This document shows, piece after piece, positions 55,570 to 64,000 of a DNA stretch of 64,000 bases. The stretch is from Dehalococcoidia bacterium (lineage in GTDB: Bacteria; Chloroflexota; Dehalococcoidia; DSTF01; JACRBR01): assembly GCA_035632115.1 (NCBI GenBank), contig DASQHL010000156.1, positions 694 to 64,693 on the forward strand, given 5' to 3'. Made by a program: the position numbers and the translations under genes. Below the pieces are notes generated by a model, which was not told where the DNA came from, ran no database searches, and worked only from the letters and a program-made list of their open reading frames with translations. The stretch's first letter is position 1. Every line of letters begins with the position of its first letter.

Positions 55570-56355
55570 CTAAGGAGACGCCAGGAAGCCGGCGATCCGA
55601 GCCGAGAGCGCGGCAGCGTGCGGGCCGGCAAAGAGGTCGGTGCCGTGCGCATTACCGTCGTAGAGCTGCTCCTGTGCATCGCTGCCGGCAGCCGTGATGA
55701 GGCGCTCGAGGCCGCGGCGGGCGGGGACATCGCCGGTGCTGGCGATGAACAAGCGGGGCGCGGCGATGCGTGGCACCGCGGCGGCGGCGTCCAACCCTTC
55801 GAACTGATCCAGCGCGGAGATGGCGACCACTCCCGCAACAGACACGCGAGCCGCAACGATGAGCATAGCTGTTGCGCCGACGCTTGCACCGACGAGGAAG
55901 ACGCGCGATCGGTGCAGCGTGTCGCGCATGTAGGCGTAAGCAGCGGCGACGTCAGTCTCCGCGCTCTCGAAGTCCTTCTCGCCCGTCGAAGCACCGTAGC
56001 CGCGGAAATCGAAGGTCATCACGGTGTACTGGCCCGAGGCGGCAAGCTGGAGGGCCATGGGATACCACGCGACCTGGTCGACGGGGCGCATGTGGACGAG
56101 GATGACGCCAGCGGGGCCGGAGCCGAAGACACGGGCGTCGAGTGCTATCGGCGTCAAGGCGGCCGCCTCGCCCGACTCCGGCGTTTCGCTGGCGACCGCG
56201 ACGATGCGGACGTCCCGTGAGAGTGCTTCGGCCGTGCCGACGACGGGGGTCGGGGGGCGATCGGGGGCCTCCTCTGCGCACGCGCCGAGGAACAGCGCGA
56301 CGACGAGCGCCGCGATCGGACACAGAGACGCACCGGCGCGACCAACGGCCGTCAT
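55570..56355 (-). CDS. Alpha/beta hydrolase lipoprotein
   Basis: Lipobox LFLGAC|AEE and a GASVGA nucleophile elbow. Confidence 0.6.
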   Translation of the reverse strand: MTAVGRAGASLCPIAALVVALFLGACAEEAPDRPPTPVVGTAEALSRDVRIVAVASETPESGEAAALTPIALDARVFGSGPAGVILVHMRPVDQVAWYPMALQLAASGQYTVMTFDFRGYGASTGEKDFESAETDVAAAYAYMRDTLHRSRVFLVGASVGATAMLIVAARVSVAGVVAISALDQFEGLDAAAAVPRIAAPRLFIASTGDVPARRGLERLITAAGSDAQEQLYDGNAHGTDLFAGPHAAALSARIAGFLASP

Positions 56356-56356
56356 G

Positions 56357-57613
<1,257 letters not shown>

Positions 57614-57690
57614 AGGGCACCTCATGCGCACACGGATTGTTGCGGGACGTGCATGCTTTGTACGGGAAAGGGCGTGGGGGTGCAAACGTG

Positions 57691-58974
57691 CTAGGGATCG
57701 AGCGGGTTCATGACGAGGCCGGTGGGCAGCTTGGGGTAGAAGTAGGTGGACTTCTGGGGCATGCGACCTCCCGCGTCGGCGACTGCGAGGACCTGTTCGA
57801 CCGGCGTGGCGTTGAGGAGAAAGGCGGCGTGCGCGTCGCCGAGGGCGACGGCCGCGACGGCCGCCGCAGCGTCCTGTGTGTACGTGACAACGCCACCGTC
57901 CGCGAGCGCGGCGTCATCGATGCCGAAGAGGGGAGCAAGGACGCCGTACTGCAGCACGCTGACATCGAGCCGTTTCCATGCGTCCGGCTGAGCCGCCGGC
58001 ATCGCGGCCTGTGCGACGGCGGCGGCGCGCACTGTAAGGAGGTAGGCGCCGTCCCTCGTGAGCAGGCCAAACGCCGTGGCGTGGCGGCCAGCTTCGGCGA
58101 CGCGCGTCAGCAGGTCTTCGACGGTCGCGCGAGGGCGCCGCGCGACCTCAAACGACGCGGTAAGCGCATCCAGGCGCGACGGATCCAGAGGGCGGTGGAC
58201 GACGCGGTGGGTGGGCAGCACGAGCAGGCCAGGATCGCGGACGTCGGTCAACGCCATGAGCACGAAGTTCTCCGTCTCGTCGCCGGTCCAGGACGGGGCA
58301 CGCGCGCGTGCCTCGTCGCGATAGGCGAGCGCAGTTTCGTATCGGTGGTGCCCATCGGCGATGTAGACATCGGAGCGAGCGATGAGATCGCGAAACGACG
58401 CAACGCCCGCCAGATCCGAGACTGATGTGAGTGTGTGGCGCTGTCCGTCCGATTCGATGTCGTATAACGGCTGGCCGTGGAGGTCGAGCGAGTGGGCGCG
58501 GGCAGCTGCGCGATAGAGGCCGTAGACAGGGCTGATCTGCGTACGCGTGGCGCGCAGCAGCTCCAGGCGATCGGCTTTGGGGCCGGAGAGCGTGTGCTCA
58601 TGCGGCTTGATGACGCCCTTCTCCCACTCCTCCAGGCGCACGGCCGCGAAGACAGCGTTTCGTGCGAACGAGCTCCCTTCCCACGTGTACTCCTGGCGGT
58701 AGGCGTACAGCGCGGGGTGAGCATCGCGCGTAAGGGCGCCGTCCCGGCGCCACTCGGCGAGGTCGCGGGCGGCGCGGGTGTAGCGGTTGTCGACCGGCGT
58801 GTCGTGCGAGGCCGCTTCGCCGTATTCGAGGCGTACGACGTTCCGGGGATGGCGGCGGTACAGTTCGGCCTGTTGCGAGGGCGAGATCACGTCGTACGGT
58901 GGCGCGACGGTGAGCGCGGGATCGATGCGAGCCGCGTCGTAACGCAGCGCGCGGAACGGACGGACATCGGCCAT
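57691..58974 (-). CDS. DUF1015 family protein
   Basis: Starts MADVRPFRALRY. DGHHRYETALAY motif. Confidence 0.7.
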   Translation of the reverse strand: MADVRPFRALRYDAARIDPALTVAPPYDVISPSQQAELYRRHPRNVVRLEYGEAASHDTPVDNRYTRAARDLAEWRRDGALTRDAHPALYAYRQEYTWEGSSFARNAVFAAVRLEEWEKGVIKPHEHTLSGPKADRLELLRATRTQISPVYGLYRAAARAHSLDLHGQPLYDIESDGQRHTLTSVSDLAGVASFRDLIARSDVYIADGHHRYETALAYRDEARARAPSWTGDETENFVLMALTDVRDPGLLVLPTHRVVHRPLDPSRLDALTASFEVARRPRATVEDLLTRVAEAGRHATAFGLLTRDGAYLLTVRAAAVAQAAMPAAQPDAWKRLDVSVLQYGVLAPLFGIDDAALADGGVVTYTQDAAAAVAAVALGDAHAAFLLNATPVEQVLAVADAGGRMPQKSTYFYPKLPTGLVMNPLDP

Positions 58975-59058
58975 GCGGGAGTATAGGCGGCGCGATCCGC
59001 CTGGTGGTAGCGGCGTCGCGCTGGGGTGTCCCACGAGGCGCGAGTATAGTGTCGGGCG

Positions 59059-59388
59059 ATGTCGTTCTACTGCGTGTTCTGTGAGATCATCGCGCACCAA
59101 GAACCGGCCCAGATCGTCCACGAAGACGACGACGTGGTGGTCTTTCGTAACCGGCTGAACTGGGTGCCTGTGATGCTGCTGGCGGTGCCGCGCCGGCACA
59201 TGTCGCAGGGCGAACTGTGGACGTCGGATGAGATGGTCCGAGTCGCGAAGGTGGCGGCAGAGACGGGGGCTGCGCACTGCCCGAACGGCTTCCGGCTGCT
59301 CAGCAACTTCGGTTCCGACGCGATGCAGAGCCAGGCGCACGGCCACGTGCACATCATCGGTGGGACGTACCTGGGTGAGTACGCCTAG
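59059..59388 (+). CDS. HIT family hydrolase
   Basis: CxxC N-terminus and a HGHVHIIGG histidine triad. Confidence 0.85.
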   Translation: MSFYCVFCEIIAHQEPAQIVHEDDDVVVFRNRLNWVPVMLLAVPRRHMSQGELWTSDEMVRVAKVAAETGAAHCPNGFRLLSNFGSDAMQSQAHGHVHIIGGTYLGEYA

Positions 59389-59423
59389 CGGCGGCGAGAG
59401 AACGGCGGGCACGCGCCACGGTT

Positions 59424-60173
59424 CTACATCTCGATGCCGAGGCTGGCGATCGCGGCGTGTTGGGCCTCATTGAGCTGGCGGACGCCGGCGGCGCCGAGAT
59501 CGACGATGCGATCCATCATGGCGCGGTCGAAGGCCTCGCCCTCGGCGGTGCCCTGCAGCTCTACGAAGCGGCCATCGTCGGTCATGACGACGTTGAAGTC
59601 GACCTGGGCCGACGAGTCCTCGACGTAGTCCAGATCGAGGAGGGGCTGACCCTCGACGATGCCGACGCTGACGGCGCCGACGAGGCCGGTGAGCGGGAGC
59701 GATCCGACCACGCCGGACTTGACGAGGCGTTGGAACGCCTGCGCAAGCGCGACGCAGGCACCCGTGATCGACGCGGTGCGCGTGCCGCCGTCAGCGCGGA
59801 TCACATCGCAATCGACGATGAAGTTGCGCTCGCCGATGAGATCGAGGTTCGCGACGCTGCGAAGGGCGCGGCCGATGAGGCGCTGGATCTCCTGGGAGCG
59901 TCCGCTCTGGCGGCCGCGCGCGGCCTCGCGCTCGGTGCGGGTATTGGTGGAGCGAGGCAGCATGCCGTATTCGGCGGTGACCCAGCCGCCGCCGGTGCCG
60001 CGCAGGAACTGTGGCACGCGATCTTCCATGCTCACCGTACAGAGCACCCAGGTGTTGCCGAAGCGGACCATGGCTGATCCTTCGGCGTGGTCGAGGAAGT
60101 TGGGTTCGATCGTCACCGGGCGCAACTGATCCGGCGAGCGTCCATCGTGTCGGGCCAAGGTGTGCTCCTTCAA
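59424..60173 (-). CDS. rph: Ribonuclease PH
   Basis: RPDGR...LRPV start, then [28 protein letters not shown] and [19 protein letters not shown]. Confidence 0.9.
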   Translation of the reverse strand: MKEHTLARHDGRSPDQLRPVTIEPNFLDHAEGSAMVRFGNTWVLCTVSMEDRVPQFLRGTGGGWVTAEYGMLPRSTNTRTEREAARGRQSGRSQEIQRLIGRALRSVANLDLIGERNFIVDCDVIRADGGTRTASITGACVALAQAFQRLVKSGVVGSLPLTGLVGAVSVGIVEGQPLLDLDYVEDSSAQVDFNVVMTDDGRFVELQGTAEGEAFDRAMMDRIVDLGAAGVRQLNEAQHAAIASLGIEM

Positions 60174-60237
60174 GTCAGGGCGCCGGATGCCGCTAGAGCC
60201 TAGCGCGACGGCCGCGGCGTGACCAGCGACGCCGATG

Positions 60238-62634
60238 CTAGTGCGATGGCGCTACCCAGAGCCGTTGCCCGTCCGTCTCGAAGCGCACGCTGCCAGCGGA
60301 TGCGGTGTTGTAGACGGTGGCGTAGCGCTGGAGGCGGGCGACGACCTCGGCGGCCGGGTGTCCGAACTGGTTGTCTTTGCCAGACGACACGACAGCGACG
60401 GCCGGCCGGACGGCGGCCAGGAACTCCGCGGTGCTCGACGTGTTGCTGCCGTGGTGCGCGACCTTCAGGACGTTGGCCCCCACATCGACGGCGGCATTGA
60501 GGAGCGCCCTTTCGGCCTTCGCTTCGATGTCCGCGGCGAACAGGAAGCTGACGCCCCCATACGACAGGCGCACGACGGAGCCGGTGTTGTTCACCTGCGG
60601 GTCGGCCGCCATCGCGTCGTCAGGGCCGATCACGTCGAGGCGCGCGCCGCCGCCCAGATCGAGGGTCGTGCCGCGCCGCGCCGGCTCCACGTTGAGATGC
60701 TCAGCACCGACGGCGGCGAGCCATGCGCGATCGCCGGCGGACGGTTGCACCCCGGGACCGGCGAGCACGCGCCCGACGTCGTAACGCGCGAGCACATCGA
60801 CAAGACCGTACATGTGGTCGGCCTGGGGGTGCGTCAAGAGGACGAGATCGATGGAGCGATCGTACCAGGGCAGTTCGTCGCCGAGGGCCCGCAGCACCGC
60901 GGCGCCGGGGCCGCCATCGATCAGCACCTGACGGCCGGAAGGCGACTGGATGAGGATCGCGTCACCCTGGCCGACATCGAGCACGGTAACGCGAAGACGG
61001 GCCGGGGGCGACGGGCGAGACCACCAGCCGACCGCCACGGCGAGCAGCAGCGCTGGCATCGCGACGGCCAGCAGGCCCGGCAGGCGCGGCGACCATTGCG
61101 CGATGGACGGCGCTTCCGGCGGGCGGAGAGAGAGAAGTGCCGCCGCCGCGAGGGCAAGCGCGGCGTAGGCCGCCAACGCCCACCAGCCCGTGAAGGCGCC
61201 GACTTCAAGCGCGGCGTGCGGAAGCGCCGCAAACCAGCGGGTGGTTTCGATCCAGAACGAGAGGAGATAGTACGCGGGCGCCGCGAAGATCAGCCGGCCG
61301 GCGGGGAGCAGTCCTCCCACCGCGGCGACCAGCGAGGACCCGAGAATCAGCGGGAACGCCGGAACGACGAGGAGGTTCGCCGGGACAGCGACCAGCGACA
61401 GGCGTCCGAAGTTAAGCGCCAGGAGGGGCGCGGTGGCGGCGATCGCCGCGAGCGTGACGGCGAGCGGTTCGACGACGAGGGTGGGCAGCCAGCCGGGGAC
61501 GGCGTCGCGGCGGAGGGCGCGCGCCGCGAGCGCGATGATCCAACGCCGGAGTGGCGACGCGAGGTAGAGGATGCCCGCCGTGGCTGCGAAGCTGAGCTGG
61601 AACGACACGTCGCGGATGGCAGACGGGTCGAGCCCGAGCATGAGGGCGGCGGCAAATGCGAGCGCCGTGATGGAGCTGGCGCGTCGGCCGGAGACGGTCG
61701 CGATCACCATCAGCACGCCCATGATCAGCGCGCGGAGGACGGGCGGCGAGAAGCCGATGAGGGCGGCGTAGGCGGCGATCGCGGCGATTGAGAGCAAGAG
61801 CGCGCGGCGGCGGCCAACGGCCCACATCACGAACATCGTAGCGAACGCGGAGACGAGGACGACGTTTGAGCCGGAGACGACGACGAGATGCGAGGTGTTC
61901 GTAGTATTCAGATCCGCGGCGAGATCCGGCGGCAGCGCAGAGCGGCGGCCGAGCAGGACGCTGCGAGCCAGCGAGGACTGCGGCTCGGGCAGGGCGAGGT
62001 CGATGCCGCGGGACAGACGCCGCCGAAGCGAGAGCACGGTCGCGCGCACGATGCTGTCGTCCTCGTGGCCGACGAGGTGCGCCGCGGGGAACGCCATGGT
62101 GCTGGCGATGCCGCGGCGCGACAGGTACTCGGCGTAGTCGAACCCGGGGACTGCGGCGGGAGACTGAAGCTGGCCCTCAAGCTCCAGCACGTCGCCGGAG
62201 CGGTAGCGTGGGAAGAGGCCGGTGGTGACGAGCACGCCGCCAGACGCGGGCTGCCATTCGCCGCGGAGCTGGACGGCGCGCACCGTGACGGCGAAGCGCT
62301 GCGATGCATCACCCAGATCGGGGTCATCGCGGAGGACGGCGCGGATGCGCATGGCGACGCTGTCGTTGAAGCGCGCAGCGGCGTCGGGCGAGAGGTGCGG
62401 ACGCGATGTCTCGTAGCGGGCGGCGCTTGCCAAGAACAGTAGCGGCAAGGCGAGAGCGAGGAGGAGCGTGCGGCGGTCGCGGCGGACGGCAGCGACTGCG
62501 GTTGCGGCGAGGGCGACGGCGAATGCCAGTTCCCAGGCGCCGCGCCCGAGCGTCGCCGCGGCGACCGTGCCGGCGATCCATGCGGCGGCGAGCCATGCGA
62601 GGGTCATGCGTCCGTCCCTGGGTGCGCGTCCCAC
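60238..62634 (-). CDS. comEC: DNA internalization competence protein ComEC/Rec2
   Basis: Polytopic competence domain. C-terminal metallo-beta-lactamase motif [13 protein letters not shown]. Confidence 0.85.
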   Translation of the reverse strand: MGRAPRDGRMTLAWLAAAWIAGTVAAATLGRGAWELAFAVALAATAVAAVRRDRRTLLLALALPLLFLASAARYETSRPHLSPDAAARFNDSVAMRIRAVLRDDPDLGDASQRFAVTVRAVQLRGEWQPASGGVLVTTGLFPRYRSGDVLELEGQLQSPAAVPGFDYAEYLSRRGIASTMAFPAAHLVGHEDDSIVRATVLSLRRRLSRGIDLALPEPQSSLARSVLLGRRSALPPDLAADLNTTNTSHLVVVSGSNVVLVSAFATMFVMWAVGRRRALLLSIAAIAAYAALIGFSPPVLRALIMGVLMVIATVSGRRASSITALAFAAALMLGLDPSAIRDVSFQLSFAATAGILYLASPLRRWIIALAARALRRDAVPGWLPTLVVEPLAVTLAAIAATAPLLALNFGRLSLVAVPANLLVVPAFPLILGSSLVAAVGGLLPAGRLIFAAPAYYLLSFWIETTRWFAALPHAALEVGAFTGWWALAAYAALALAAAALLSLRPPEAPSIAQWSPRLPGLLAVAMPALLLAVAVGWWSRPSPPARLRVTVLDVGQGDAILIQSPSGRQVLIDGGPGAAVLRALGDELPWYDRSIDLVLLTHPQADHMYGLVDVLARYDVGRVLAGPGVQPSAGDRAWLAAVGAEHLNVEPARRGTTLDLGGGARLDVIGPDDAMAADPQVNNTGSVVRLSYGGVSFLFAADIEAKAERALLNAAVDVGANVLKVAHHGSNTSSTAEFLAAVRPAVAVVSSGKDNQFGHPAAEVVARLQRYATVYNTASAGSVRFETDGQRLWVAPSH

Positions 62635-62802
62635 GAGAGGCGATCGTACTACAGCGGGTCAAGGGGGTGTTGACATGCGTCAGCGTGCTCTGTGAATGAG
62701 CAGCACGGCCCATTGGGGCCGTGGCGGCCCCGGAATGCGTCTCTACCGGGTAGCGGCGGCGTCACGTAGCATGAGTGCGCTCCGGGGCGAATTCATTGGG
62801 GG

Positions 62803-63501
62803 ATGGGCATGACCGCAACGGGAATCATCGAGGATGCGCGCAAAGCGGGCCGGACGCTGCTGACGGAGATCGAAGCCAAGCAGGTGCTGGAGGCGGCCGG
62901 CGTGCCGGTGTCACCAGCGCGGCTGGCACGGACGCGCGACGAGGCGGTGAAGATGGCGGCCGAGCTGGGTTACCCCATCGTGCTGAAGATCGTGTCACTG
63001 GAGATTACGCACAAGTCGGACGTGGGCGGCGTGGCGCTGGGGCTCGCTTCGGCGGAGGCGGTCGGCACCGCGTTCGACGAGGTGGTGGCATCGGCGAAGC
63101 GACACGTGCCGGACGCGACCATCGAGGGCGTGGCGGTGCAGCGGATGGAGCCGCCGGGCATCGAGGTGATCGTCGGCATGACGAAGGATCCGCAGTTCGG
63201 GCCAGTGTTGATGTTCGGGCTGGGCGGCGTGCTGGTCGAGGTGCTGAAGGACGTGGCGTTCCGTGTGGTACCGATCAACGAACGTGACGCGCGCCAGATG
63301 GTGCACGAGATCAAGGGGTACCCGCTGCTGGAGGGGTACCGCGGCCACGAGCCAGCCGATGTTGCGCAGCTGGAGCAGCTGTTGCTGACGGTGTCGCGCT
63401 TCATCGAGGAGCACCCGGAGGTAGCGGAGCTGGATCTGAACCCGGTGTTCGCCTACAAGGACGGCGCGCTGGCGGTGGATGCGCGGATCGTGCTGGGGTG
63501 A
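62803..63501 (+). CDS. ADP-forming acyl-CoA synthetase ATP-grasp (beta) subunit
   Basis: Motifs LTEIEAKQVLEAAGVPV, YPIVLKIVSLEITHKSDVGGV and DLNPVFA. Confidence 0.7.
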   Translation: MGMTATGIIEDARKAGRTLLTEIEAKQVLEAAGVPVSPARLARTRDEAVKMAAELGYPIVLKIVSLEITHKSDVGGVALGLASAEAVGTAFDEVVASAKRHVPDATIEGVAVQRMEPPGIEVIVGMTKDPQFGPVLMFGLGGVLVEVLKDVAFRVVPINERDARQMVHEIKGYPLLEGYRGHEPADVAQLEQLLLTVSRFIEEHPEVAELDLNPVFAYKDGALAVDARIVLG

Positions 63502-63609
63502 TGCTCCGCATCAGCAACAGAGAGCAGAGAGCAGAGAGCAGACGGCCGGACGAAGATCGTGCGGTTTGTTCTCCGTTCGCTGTCCTCCCGCGTGGCGAAG
63601 CGAGCGCGC

Positions 63610-64000
63610 TATGACCATCTCCCTAGAGCACCTGCGGCGCGTGCTCAACCCCCGCACGGTCGTGGTCGTGGGGTCGAAGAAGGCCGACGGGTACATGTGG
63701 CTGCGGAACTACAGCACGTTCAGGGACGGGCCGCTGTACTCCGTGCAGATCGACCCGAACGAGATCCCGGGGATCGAGGCGATGGGCGTGCGGAACTTCA
63801 CGTCGCTGATGGACGTGCCGGGCGAGATCGACTACGCGATGCTGGCGGTGCCGCGGCCGGTGGCGCCACGCGTGTTGGCCGACTGCGCGAAGAAGGGCGT
63901 GGCGGGCGTCGCGCTGTTCACGTCGGGGTTCGCCGAGACGGGCGAGGAGGACGGCATCCGGCTGCAGGAGCAGGTGCTGGAGATCGCGCGGGCGGGGGGC
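63610..64000 (+). CDS. ADP-forming acyl-CoA synthetase CoA-binding (alpha) subunit, 3' end beyond the window
   Basis: The CoA-binding Rossmann fold starts at RTVVVVGSKKADGYM. Confidence 0.55.

Noticed and set aside
60235-61791. 518-aa plus-strand ORF
   Set aside because: Antisense to comEC. Extreme Arg/Gly/Asp bias.

Overview
This 64 kb window is high-GC (~68-70% by eye) bacterial chromosome with frequent GTG/TTG starts and 4-nt start/stop overlaps. I cannot place the taxon from sequence alone; high-GC Chloroflexota or Actinobacteria are both compatible. The most unusual feature is the left 9 kb. A single co-oriented minus-strand gene string encodes consecutive steps of an ethylmalonyl-CoA/methylsuccinyl-CoA type pathway. 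The order is a B12-type acyl-CoA mutase large subunit, mesaconyl-CoA hydratase (mch), an N-terminally extended acyl-CoA dehydrogenase (mcd-like), L-malyl-CoA/beta-methylmalyl-CoA lyase (mcl) and a SucC/malate-CoA-ligase-like ATP-grasp gene. Three selfish or defence-type genes are interleaved in the same orientation with junctions as tight as 4 nt. Two are in visibly lower-GC islets: a 559-aa HNH + DGQHK (DndB/DUF262-like) fusion and an Mrr-like winged-helix + PD-(D/E)xK nuclease. The third is a VapC PIN toxin with a small upstream ORF. Further right there is a cobalamin riboswitch with its own terminator. It fronts a B12 uptake and cbiA operon made of two binding proteins, CbiA, a FecCD permease and an ATPase. 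The remainder, left to right: a cupredoxin; a Cys-type NAD-dependent formate dehydrogenase with a fused NuoE-NuoF beta subunit, flanked by yqeC and mobA; tatC; three near-identical Flp-family pilin genes with a conserved C-terminal CLSGSC; two DrrAB-like ABC exporters; lepA; a CopC-CopD fusion; an arsR-aquaporin-arsC operon; a Cys-rich secreted protein and lipoprotein pair; birA, csp, a DEAD-box helicase and tRNA-Gly(UCC); a soluble MgtE N-domain/CBS protein abutting an Nramp-related transporter with no usable start codon; argG, rph, comEC; and an ADP-forming acyl-CoA synthetase pair. Many long ORFs in the track are antisense artefacts of high GC.
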